Assembly: GCF_006345805.1 (NCBI RefSeq)
Contig: NC_043016.1
Location: forward strand, 17,112,001-17,176,000
Direction: 5' to 3'
DNA: 64,000 nucleotides
Source: Octopus sinensis
Taxonomy: Eukaryota
The position numbers and the translations under genes were made by a program. The notes under the pieces were generated by a model. It was given only the letters and a program-made list of their open reading frames with translations, had not been told where the DNA came from and did no database searches. Shown one piece after another: positions 1 to 11,977 of this stretch. Positions within the stretch are counted from its first letter, which is position 1, and each line of letters starts with the position of its first letter.

Positions 1-341
1 GATAGAAACCGCATCTTTGATCACTTTCAAGTTTTATCGGATGTGACAGGATGATAGATCTGCTACGGTCTTACGCTAACGCCGCCTCTTCTGAATTAGA
101 TTTGACAGCCAATATCTGCGGCATGAACCAGAGAATAATAATGAAAACAGCAGAATTTGCTATACAAACATTTAGCTTCAACGATATACGATCAGAGATC
201 TCAATCTATCTTTATAGGACGAATGGAAGATCAAAGACTTCAATTCAAAGATTGCTGGGGCCAAATTATAACCACTCCCCAACACACACAGTAACCCCAA
301 ACCACACCAAGTTATTGTTGTTACGATGTTGATATTGGCTT

Positions 342-985
342 TGGAGAGCTGGCAGAACCGTTAGCACGCCGGGCGAAATGCGTAGCCGTGTTTCGTCTGC
401 CTTACGTTCTGAGTTCAAATTCCGCCGGGGTCGGCTTTGCCTTTCATCCTTTCGGATGTGTTTAGCCCCTTGTGGGTAGTAAAGAAATAGGTATTTCGTA
501 TGCAGCTACGTTCTGAGTTCAAATTCCGCCGAGGTCGACTTTGCTTTCATCCTTTTGAGGTCGATTAAATAAATACCAGTTACGCACTGGGGTCGATATA
601 ATCGAATTAATCCGTTTGTCCTCTCTGTGTTTAGCCCCTTGTGGGTAGGGTAGTAAAGAAATAGGTATTTTGTCTGCCGCGACGTTCTGAGTTCAAATTC
701 CGCGGAGGTCGACTTTGCCTTTCATCCTTTCGGCGTCGATTAAATAAGTACCAGTTACGCACTAGGGTCGATATAATCGAATTAATCCGTTTGTCTGTCC
801 TTGTTTGTCCACTCTATGTTTAGCCCCTTGTGGGTAGTAAAGAAATAGGTATTTCGTCTGCCGTTACGTTCTGAGTTCAAATTCCGCCGAGGCCGACTTT
901 GCCTTTCATCCTTTCGGGGTCGATTAAATAAGTACCAGTTACGCACTGGGGTCGATATAATCGACTCAATCCTTTTGTCCGTCCT
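342..985 (+). mobile_element. SINE type B (tRNA-derived) with tandemly repeated 3' body, 4 units
   Basis: Head GGAGAGCTGGCAGAACCGTTAGCACGCC, B-box GAGTTCAAATTCC, central GTCGACTTTGCCTTTCATCCTTTCGGGGTCGAT. The body recurs at about 388, 493, 668 and 851. Confidence 0.85.
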
Positions 986-1487
986 TGTTTGCCTTTTGAA
1001 GGCCAGATTTCAACACAATTTCTAGTTAACTAAACACTTTTAAACTTCGTATACTGGTAGAATGTGTCAAAATAAAACATTTTTTTCTCTTGGCTTTCTT
1101 GAGAAAATTGTAATTTGTAAGTTTAATGTAGTTTAATTTTTCGAATTTTAACATTATTTGGATCTTTTCCTTTTGAACGGCAGTTTTCAACACAATTTCT
1201 GGTTAACTAAACACTTTTGAACTTCGTATACTGGTAGAATGTGTTTATAAAACAGCATTTTCTCTTGGTTTTATTGAGAAAATTCTATAGTTTGTAACAT
1301 ATTTCCACTTTAAAATCGAGCATTTGGGCAATTTTAACCAATCGCTGACCTCCATTGACGTAAACAACATTCCGTGCTGTATGAATATATCTCTCCTTTT
1401 GCGAAGAAAAAAGATACCTTTCCCCCAACCCTAACCCTAACCCTAACCCTAACTCTAAACCTAACTCTAAAATAGATTGAAATGCAA

Positions 1488-1612
1488 TAGATCGATACTA
1501 GGGTTATAATTATGGGTGACAATTTCATTTGACACCGCTAGAAAAAATCCCATTTTCCGTAGCGGTGTCGTATGAAATTGTCACCCATAATTATAACCCT
1601 AGTATCGATCTA
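1488..1612. repeat. Near-perfect hairpin, about 53-bp arms
   Basis: TAGATCGATACTAGGGTTATAATTATGGGTGACAATTTCAT...ATGAAATTGTCACCCATAATTATAACCCTAGTATCGATCTA. Confidence 0.9.
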
Positions 1613-1901
1613 GGATCTTTTGCTTTTGAACGGCAGTTTTCAACACAATTTCTTGTTAACTAAATACTTTTAAACTTTGTATACTGGTAGAATGTGTTTA
1701 TAAAACATCATTTTTTCTTGGCTTTATTGAAAAAATTCTATAGTTTGTAAGATATTTCGTCTGAAAATCCGAGCATTTCGGCAATTTAAACCTATCGATT
1801 ACCTCCATTTAGGTAAACAACATTTGCTGCGTCTAAAACTGAGACAACATCCTGTAACTAACCCTAAACCTCCCCCTAACCCTAAATTTTTTTTTCTAAA
1901 T

Positions 1902-2991
1902 TTACTCTTTACTCTTTTACTCTTTTACTTGTTTCAGTCATATGACTGCGGCCATGCTGGAGCACCGCCTTTTAATCGAGCAAATCGACCCCGGAACTTA
2001 TTGTTTTGTAAGCCCAGTACTTATTCTATCGGTCTCGTTTGCCGAACCGCTAAGTAACGGGGACATAAACACACCAGCATCGGTTGTCAAACAATACTAG
2101 GGGACAAACACAGACACACAAACACACGCACGCATATTATATTATATATATATATATTATATATATGTCATATATACGACGGGCTTCTTTCAGTTTCCGT
2201 CTACCAAATCCACTCACAAGGCTTTGGTCGGCCCAGGCTATAGTAGAAGACACTTGCCCAAGGTGCCATGTTGTGGACTGAACACGGAACCATGTGTGGT
2301 TGGTAAACAACTACTTACCACACGCCACTCCTACACCTATATATAACATATATACGACAGGCTTCTTTCAGTTTCCGTCTACCAAATCCACTCACAAGGC
2401 TTTGGTCGGCCCGAGGCTATAGTAGAAGACACTTCCCCAGGTGTCACGCAGTGGGATTGAACCCGGAACCATGTGGTTGATTAGCAACTACTTAACACAC
2501 AGCCCTCCTGCGCCTATATATACATATATACGACGGGCTTCTTTCAGTTTCCGTCTACCAAATCCACTCACACGCTTTGGTCGGCCTGAGGCTATAGTAG
2601 AAGCACTTGCCCAAGTGCCACGCAGTGGGACTGAACCGGAACCATGTGGTTGGTTAGCAAGCTACTTAACACACAGCCACTCCTGCGCCTATATATATAT
2701 ATAATATGTACATATATACGACGGGCTTCTTTCAGTTTCCGTCTACCTAATCCACTCACAAGGCTTTGGTCGGCCCGAGGCTATAGTAGAAGACACTTGC
2801 CAAATGTGCCACGTAGTGGGACTGAACACGGAACCATGTGGTTGGTAAACAAGCTACTTACCACACAGCCACTCCTACACCTATATATACACATATATAC
2901 GACAGGCTTCTTTCAGTTTCCGTCTACCAAATCCACTCACAAGGCTTTGGTCGGCCCGAGGCTATAGTAGAAGACACTTGCCCAAGGTACC
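1902..2991 (-). mobile_element. SINE type A multimer: 5 copies of the 5' half (first one truncated), one 3' half and an (AAGAGT)n tail
   Basis: About 180-bp units with A-box TGGCTGTGTGG, B-box GGTTCAGTCCC and a CTTGGGCAAGTG core, separated by (TA)n. Tail at 1902-1930. Confidence 0.92.
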
Positions 2992-3298
2992 AAATTAATC
3001 TAATTGTTACGATTTAGTTTTTTTTTAACAATTAAGAAAAAAAAATTTAGGGTTAGGGTTAGTTACAGGATGTTGTCTCAGTTTTAGACGCAGCAAATGA
3101 TTTGAGCTCAATAGAGAGCATAGGATGGGTTAAAATTTGAAAATTTAAACTACGTTAAACAAACAAATTACAAATTTATCAAGAAATTCAAGTGAAAATA
3201 ATGTTTTCTCTGGACACATTCTACCAGTGTACGAAGTTTAAAAGTGTTTAGTTAACTAGAAATTGTGTTGAAATCTGGCTATCAAAAGGAAAAGATCC

Positions 3299-3858
<560 letters not shown>

Positions 3859-4275
3859 AGGCACAGGATGGCTGTGTGGTAAGTAGCTTGCTAACCAGCC
3901 ACATGGTTCCGGTTTCAGTCCCACTGCGTGGCTCTTGGGCAAGTGTCTTCTGCTATAGGCTCCGGCCGACCAATACCTTGTGAGTGGATTTGGTAGACGG
4001 AAACTGAAAGAAGCCTGTTGTATATATGTATATTATATATAAGTGTGTGTTATAATGTTTGTGTGTCTGTGTTTGTCCCCCTAGCATTGCTTGACAACCG
4101 ATGCTGGGTTGGACGTCCCCCGTCACCTAGCGGTTCGGCAAAGAGACCGATAGAATAAGTACTGGGCTACAAAGAATAAGTCCCGGTGTCGATTTGCTCG
4201 ACTAAAGGCGGTGCTCCAGCATGGCCGCAGTCAAATGACTGAAACAAGTAAAAGAGAAAGAAAGAGTAAAAGAGT
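3859..4275 (+). mobile_element. SINE type A, full-length monomer
   Basis: tRNA-like head straight after (TA)n, core, internal TA/TG linker, 3' half and GAAACAAGTAAAAGAG tail. Confidence 0.92.
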
Positions 4276-4584
4276 ATATATAAATATATATATAAGTATA
4301 TATATGTATAAGTGCATACACAGACACGTGCACGCGAGCACCTCTACACCAACCCCGAAAACTATATAACATATGCAATTCATCAAAAGATGGTAGGTAT
4401 TATTTTATTGATATCAAAGTTAATTAGTATTTCGGAAGCTTAGTATATCAAGTTCAACTTGAAAATCATTAAAACAGATGTTTAGCGATAATTTAGTACG
4501 TGTTATGTGTTATACGATATGTGGTATCTCTGTGGATGTCTGTGACGGCGCCTCTGTGTGTGTGTGTGTGTTTGTGTGTTTGTG

Positions 4585-5345
4585 TGTGCGTATACATACA
4601 TACATATATGCATACATACATACATACATATATAAGTACATACATAGTGCATACATACGTATATGCATACATGCATACATTCAGACATATATAAGTACAT
4701 ACATACGTGCATACATACGTATATGGATACATGCATACATTCAGACATTCAGACATATATACATACATACATACATTTATACATACATTCATACATGCAT
4801 ACATACATACGTATATACATACATACATACAAATATTCATACATACATTCATACATATATACATACATTCATACATACATACATACATACATATACATAC
4901 ATACATACATACATATACATGCATACGTACATACATACATACATACATACATACATACATACACACATACAGAGATACATACATACATATATACATACAT
5001 ACATGCATACATACATACATACATACATACATACATACATACATACATACACACATACAGAGATACATGCATACATAGATACATGCATACATACATTCAT
5101 ACATACATACATACACACATAAATACATACATACACACATACAAACATTCATACATACATGCATACATACATACATAATACATACATACATACATGCATA
5201 CACACATACATACATACATACATACATACATACACACATACATACATACATACATACATACACACATACATACATACATACATACATACATAAATACATA
5301 CATACATGTATACACACATACACACACACGTGTGCTTACATATAT
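4585..5345. repeat. (TACA)n microsatellite
   Basis: Direct reading; source of the HTYI/MYVC ORFs. Confidence 0.95.
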
Positions 5346-5496
5346 ATTTACATACAGTTTTACCCACATAGGTACATTGACGTAGCCCCTAGTCATACAT
5401 TTATAATCAAAAGGGTCTGTGCACGTGTATATAAATAGAGAAAGAAAGAGAGAAAGAGAGGGAGGAAGAGGGAGAAAAAGAAAGTTACATACATGG

Positions 5497-5518
5497 TGAG
5501 AGATAGACAGATAGATAA

Positions 5519-5555
<37 letters not shown>

Positions 5556-5556
5556 C

Positions 5557-5587
<31 letters not shown>

Positions 5588-5645
5588 CAGATAGATGGAT
5601 AGATAGATAGATCGGTAGATAGATAGATAGATAGATAGTTAGATT

Positions 5646-5687
<42 letters not shown>

Positions 5688-5754
5688 CAGATAGATGGAT
5701 AGATAGATAGATAGATAGATCGGTAGATATAGATAGATAGATAGATAGATAGAT

Positions 5755-5792
<38 letters not shown>

Positions 5793-5865
5793 GATAGATA
5801 GATAGATAGATAGATAGATAGTTAGATAGATAGATAGATCGTAGATATAGATAGATAGATAGATA
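5497..5865. repeat. (GATA)n microsatellite
   Basis: Direct reading. Confidence 0.95.
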
Positions 5866-7217
5866 ACTTTCTTTTATTAGCCACACAGGGCTGAATACAG
5901 AGGGGACAAATACCAAATGCAGAGCTTTTCTTTCGAGGGTGGAAAAAAATAAAAATGTAAGATTGCGATCAAAAGGGATCGAGAGGAGGAAAAAAAGGAA
6001 AAAAAGAAAATCGTGTATCACACAGAAATAATGGTGTAAACATTGATATAACAAGATGGGTTCATCCGTGGGAAAAAAGCCTACAGAAAAGACCACGGGA
6101 ACCCCAGTCAGGGAGGAAATAAACACATGAGGTCAAAATGCTCTCTTTTTTTCTTTTTTACGATCTACAGGATCTGCTCAAAATGGTTTCGTTACTAGCA
6201 CGCACCATCTTTGCAACATTCACCCATCTTTTTTTGAATCTTTCGCGAGACAAAACTTCCCTCTCCATTCTCACTTCCTTTTCAAGTGGTACTGAAAAAG
6301 TTGATGAGCGATTGGCCAGAGAGGTAAGTGTTTGTCTCTAATCCTTTCGCTCGAGTCCCACCACACACATTCTTTCACCATGGCCACCAGTACGATGAAA
6401 ACTGCCTTGCCTTCCCGGTTGAGGGAAGGGGCGGAGCAATTCTCACGATAGACTCGGCCGATAGGCGGATTCGTCCCACACGTGACAGCAGCCGTTCGGC
6501 ATAAGCCCACAGGTCGGAAATGGTTGGACATTGCACGAGTGCGTGCAGAACGGTTTCGTCGCTCTGACCGCATCTCGGGCAAGTCGGTCCAGTGTGTCTG
6601 GAACCGTGTCTGTAGAGCTTATCCCGAACAGGTAATGCTTCTCGAAGCACTGCCAGGCCAGGGATCTTTGGTGATTGTTCATAGGTCCCGGCCCGAAAGT
6701 TGTCCTGAACAGGCGGGTCAGGTGTTCCTCGTCGACGCCCAGACTCTGCCCGAGTTCGTCGTCGCACCTCCCCTCCACTAATCCTCTATAGAATGCCTTT
6801 GTTGTGATGGAGTCGCACAAGTTCGATCCCGGACGGCAGAGTTGCTGAGAGCAACGCGACACACTCCGGTGCCATTCGCCTAGCCTCGGTCTCTGCTTGA
6901 TCCATGACTGTAGTTCGTCCAATGAGACGAGCTGCGGGAAAGCGCGCCGCACAAAAAAGGCGACCACCCCTGTTCACCGTTGTCTATGAAGCGCCGGAGA
7001 TGTCGCAGTCTCAGCGCATGTCTGCGCATCATCAACCACGGCATGCCAGCCCTCCATTTAGCGGGTGTTGGCAGCAAATGGATCGCCTAACCATCGGAAC
7101 GTTTCCTTCCACAAGAAGCGGAAGAGTATGCGTTCCAGTTTGTGATGGTAGGGTCGGGACAAGGCACGACGGTCAGACGGTACTCGATGACGGATGCGAT
7201 GTACGCGTTCGCCACCA
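5866..7217 (-). mobile_element. Tx1/L1-clade LINE, 5'-truncated: ORF2 C-terminus with frameshifts plus 3' UTR
   Basis: LERILFRFLWK; GMPWLMMRRHALRLRHLRRF; SLAWQC..ALPVRDKLYRHG..CPRCGQSDETVLHALVQC (zf-RVT-type CCHC knuckle). ORF ends near 6160, followed by about 300 bp of 3' UTR ending AATAAAAGAAAG. Confidence 0.85.
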
Positions 7218-7324
7218 GATAGATAGATAGATGGATAGATAGATAGATAGATGGATAAATATAGATAGATAGATAGATCGATAGACATATATATATTTGT
7301 CTGTCTGTCTATATATATTATATA

Positions 7325-7367
<43 letters not shown>

Positions 7368-7384
7368 TATATATATTATATATA

Positions 7385-7424
<40 letters not shown>

Positions 7425-7518
7425 TAAATATATGTAGATATGTTATTATATATATAATATATAGACAGACAAATATATTATATATATTGTATATATATTA
7501 TGTATGTATGACTGTGTA

Positions 7519-7560
<42 letters not shown>

Positions 7561-7562
7561 TA

Positions 7563-7595
<33 letters not shown>

Positions 7596-7597
7596 GT

Positions 7598-7630
<33 letters not shown>

Positions 7631-7665
7631 CAGGCAGACAGATAGATAGACATAAATAGATAGAT
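7218..7665. repeat. (GATA)n/(TA)n compound microsatellite
   Basis: Direct reading. Confidence 0.95.
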
Positions 7666-7943
7666 AAAAACTGTTTCGTGGATGGATATTTCAGGTGTGT
7701 GATTTATCTCACTTGACTCTCTGCTCATTAAATTTATATTTACACGGCTGGGGAATTCCACAGGCACTTATCTCTCTCAGCCTCACCATCAACAGAAGGA
7801 TACCCTCTCACAAGACAGGAATTGCTGTAACAATCCATGCTAAGGCTGGTAGGAAGTTGCTTCCAATCTACTTTCACTTTCTAGGCCAACCCAGAGGTCC
7901 CACCCTGACACACATACGCCTAAACACTAACGAACACATACTA

Positions 7944-8977
7944 TTTTACTCTCTTTTACTCTTTTACTTGTTTCAGTCATTTGACTGCGGCCATGCTGGA
8001 GTACATGGTTCCGGGTTCAGTCCCACTGCGTGGCACCTTGGGCAAGTGCCTTCTACTATAGCCTCGGGCCGACCAAAGACTCGTGAGTGGATTTGGTAGA
8101 CGGAAACTGGAAGAAGCCCATCGTATATATATATATATATATATATAGATGCAGGAGTGGCTGTGTGGTAAGTCGCTTGCTTACCAACCACATGGTTCCG
8201 GGTTCAGTCCCATTGCGTGGCATCTTGGGCAAGTGTCTTCTACTGTAGCCTCGGGCCGACCAATGCCTTGTGAGTGGATTTGGTAGACGGAAACTGAAAG
8301 AAGCCCATCATTATATATATATATATATATATATAGGCGCGGGAGTGGCTGTGTGTTAAGTAGCTTGTTTACCAACCACATGGTTCCGTGTTCAGTCCCA
8401 CTGCGTGACACCTTGGACCAGTGTCTTCTACTATAGCCTCGGGCCGACCAATGCCTTGTGAGTAGATTTGGTAGACGGAAACTGAAAGAAGCCCATCGTA
8501 TATATATATATATATATATATAGGTCCAGGAGTGGCTCTGTGGTAAGTAGCTTGTTTACCAACCACATGGTTTCGGGTTCAGTCCCACTGCGTGGCATCT
8601 TGGGCAAGTGTCTTCTACTGTAGCCTCGGGCCGACCAAAGCCTTGTGAGTGGATTTGGTTGACGGCAACTGAAAGAAGCCCATTGTATATAGATATAGGT
8701 GCAGGAGTGGCTGAGTGGTAAGTAGCTTGTTTACCAACCACATGGTTCCGGGTTCAGTCCCACTACGTGACACTTTGGGTAAGTGTCTTCTACTATTGCA
8801 TTGAGCCAACCAAATCCTTGTAGAAACTGAAAGAAGCTCGTCGTATATATGTATATATGCGAGTGTGTATTTGTGTGTCTTTGTTTGTCCCCCTAGCATT
8901 GCTTGACAGCCGATGCTGGTGTGTTTATGTCCACGTTACTTAGCCGTTCAGCAAAAGAGACCGATAGAATAAGTACT
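7944..8977. mobile_element. SINE type A multimer with internal inversion: tail segment on minus (7944-8001), five 5'-half units plus part of the 3' half on plus (8003-8977)
   Basis: Junction ...CCATGCTGGAG|T|ACATGGTTCCGGG; outer end AATAAGTACT. Confidence 0.85.
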
Positions 8978-9562
8978 CTTTTACTCTTTTACTTGTTTCA
9001 GTCATTTGACTGCGACCATGCTGGAGCACCGCCTTTAGTCGAGCAAATCGACACCGGGACTTGTTCTTTTGTAAGCCCAGTAATTATTCTATCGGTGTCT
9101 CTGTTGCCGAACCGCTAAGTGACGGGGACGTAAACACACCAGCATCGGTTGTCAAGCAATGCTAGGGGGACAAACACAGACACACAAACATATACACACA
9201 CACACACATATACATATATACGACAGGCTTCTTTCAGTTTCCGTCTACCAAATCCACTCACAAGGCATTGGTCGGCCCGGGGCTATAGTAGAAGACACTT
9301 GTCCAAGTTGCCACGCAGAGGGACTGAACCCGGAACCATGTGGTTGGTAAACAAGCTACTTACCACACAGCCACTCCTACACCTATATATATACATATAT
9401 ACGACAGGCTTCTTTCAGTTTCCGTCTACCAAATCCACTCACAAGGCTTTGGTCGGCCCGAGGCTATAGTAGAAGACACTTGCCCAAGGTGTCACGCAGT
9501 GGGACTGAACCCGGAGCCATGCGGTTGGTAAGCAAACTACTTATCACACAGCCACTCCTGCA

Positions 9563-9599
<37 letters not shown>

Positions 9600-9772
9600 G
9601 TATATACGATGGGCTTCTTTCAGTTTCCGTCTACCAAATCCACTCACAAGGCATTGGTCGGCCCGGGGCTATAGTAGAAGACACTTGCCCAAGGTGCCAC
9701 GCAGTGGGACTGAACCCAGAACCATGTGGTTGGTAAGCAAGCTACTTACCACACAGCCACTCCTGCGCCTAT
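8974..9772 (-). mobile_element. SINE type A trimer: 3 x 5' half, one 3' half and tail
   Basis: Same unit as 1902-2991; intact head ends at 9772. Confidence 0.92.
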
Positions 9773-9949
9773 GGTCGACTGTTTCTTTCGAATATTCTCA
9801 TGCACAAGATCTCGACGATATTTCGGAGCACTAAAGCGTAATGTACAGATGCGATCCCAGAAGTCCAGAAATCTAGAAACTTGAGAGTATTGACGTCATG
9901 TTCTGTTTCCCCCCTCTCTCCCCCTCTTTCACAAACACACACACACACA

Positions 9950-10790
9950 TCATTCATCATCATCATCATCATCATCATCATTGTTCGACCGTGGTCGAGA
10001 CAATGGAATTTACTATGTTACGCCAGACTTCACGGTCCATCATAGCATTACAGAGGTCCTGTTGCTGATGCCTGTATCCCTGGAGATTACATCAGGGTAG
10101 GAGAGTGTGCGCCCTCTGGTATCGCGACCGTGGTTGAGACAATGGAATTTGCCATGCTACGCCAGACTTCACGGTCCATCATAGCATTACGGAGGTCCTG
10201 TTGCTGGATGCCTGTATCCCTGGAGATTACATCAGGGTAGGAGAGTGTGCGCCCTCTGGTATTGCGACCGTGGTCGAGACAATGGAATTTACCATGCTAC
10301 GCCAGACTTCACGGTCCATCATGGCATTACGGAGGTCCTGTTGCTGGATGCCTGTATCCCTGGAGATTACATCAGGGTAGGAGAGTGTGCGCCCTCTGGT
10401 ATTGCGACCGTGGTCGAGACAATGGAATTTACTATGTTACGCCAGACTTCACAGTCCATCATAGCATTACGGAGGTCCTGTTGCTGGATGCCTGTATCCC
10501 TGGAGATTACATCAGGGTAGGAGAGTGTGCGCCCTCTGGTATTGCGACCGTGGTCGAGACAATGGAATTTACTATGTTACGCCAGACTTCACAGTCCATC
10601 ATAGCATTACGGAGGTCCTGTTGCTGGATGCCTGTATCCCTGGAGATTACATCAGGGTAGGAGAGTGTGCGCCCTCTGGTATTGCGAGTAGATGGCTTCC
10701 AGAGGAGAAGACTAGAAATTACTTCTTTTTCAGCTCTACAACAATATCCAGCAAACTGGACCCTCCTACCTTTCACAAGACTCTCCTACC
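9950..10790 (-). mobile_element. RTE-clade LINE 3' fragment with its last 140 bp repeated 5 times and a (TGA)n tail
   Basis: RRVQFAGYCCRAEKEVISSLLLWKP..RGRTLSYPDVISRDTG..DLRNAMMD.EVWRNIV, typical of an RTE ORF2 C-terminus. Units start at 9986, 10125, 10265, 10405 and 10545. Confidence 0.85.
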
Positions 10791-10969
10791 TTTCACACAC
10801 ACACACAAAGAATACATATTCCCAGTACCCACTCACTGAGTTCTTGACAGCTTTGTTTGTCGACAATCTGTCCCTAGGTTTGCAGAGAGATTCGTCCATC
10901 GACGGAACGACACCCGGGTCACGAACGTGTTCGGAATTTTGAACTTTTTTCTACCTTGTTTTCGACAAT

Positions 10970-11877
10970 GTTCACACACACACACACACACAGACGCACA
11001 CACACACACGCACACACACGCACGCACGCGCACGCACGCACACACACACACACACGTACACGTACACGCGTATGAGTTCATGTACGTATATATATATATA
11101 TGTGTGTGTGTATATATATGCCTGCGTGTGTGTGTACGTGTGTGTATGTATGTAAGTATGTATGTATGTATGTGTGTGTGTATGTATGTATGTATGTGTG
11201 TATGTATGTATGTATGCATGCATGTATGTGTGTATGTATGTATGTATGTATGTATGTATGTATGTATGTGTATGTATGTATGTATGTATGCATGTATGTA
11301 TGTGTATGTATGTATGTATGTATGTATGTGTGTATGTATGTATGTTGTATGTATGAATGTATTATGTATGTGTATGTAGGTATGTATTATGTATGTATGT
11401 GTGTGTAGTTATGTATGTATTGCATGTATGTATGTGTATGTATGTATGTATGTTGTGTATGTATGTATGTATGTGTATGTATGTATGCATGTTGTATGTG
11501 TATGTATGTGTGTGTGTATGTTGTATGTCATGTGGTGTATGTATGTATGTATGTATGTGTGTATGTATGTAGGTAGGTAGGTAGGTAGGTACGTATATAT
11601 AATATCTATATATATTAATATATATATATATATATAATATCTCTTTGTATGCTATTCGTATGTGTAAAATCCTGGAATGATGAAACAGTTTGTTTAGGTG
11701 AAGATAGATAAAGGCCCGCGTCGTGCAAGCACGCACACCCGCGTGTCTGTATGTCAATATAGAAACATATATACATACATACATACATACATACACACAT
11801 ACATACATACATACATACACATACATATATACTCATACATACATACATACATCACATTCAAACAAACTACATATTAC
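10970..11877. repeat. (CA)n/(TATG)n/(TACA)n microsatellite block
   Basis: Direct reading. Confidence 0.9.
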
Positions 11878-11977
11878 NNNNNNNNNNNNNNNNNNNNNNN
11901 NNNNNNNNNNNNNNNNNNNNNNNNNNNNNNNNNNNNNNNNNNNNNNNNNNNNNNNNNNNNNNNNNNNNNNNNNNNNN
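11878..11977. other. Assembly gap (100 N)
   Basis: Run of N. Confidence 1.

Larger units (their letters stand above)
985..3298. mobile_element. Cluster of rearranged copies of a MITE-like DNA element (arms begin GGATCTTTT(C/G)CTTTTGA) with TAACCC repeats; interrupted by a SINE-A multimer
   Basis: The arm TTCAACACAATTTCTAGTTAACTAAACACTTTT occurs direct at about 1009, 1186 and 1640 and inverted at about 3240-3272. 1826-1890 is inverted-repeated at about 3040-3095. Confidence 0.7.

Noticed and set aside
51-332. 93-aa ORF at the window start
   Set aside because: No recognisable domain and no donor site before the SINE; cannot be supported as a gene.
1426-3062. Telomeric repeat suggesting a chromosome end or fusion
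   Set aside because: Only 3-6 degenerate units, embedded in a repeated DNA element in both orientations.
8003-10687. CRISPR-like look of regularly spaced repeats (SINE arrays, 140-bp array)
   Set aside because: Units are 140-190 bp, there are no unique spacers or cas genes, and the context is eukaryotic retroelements.
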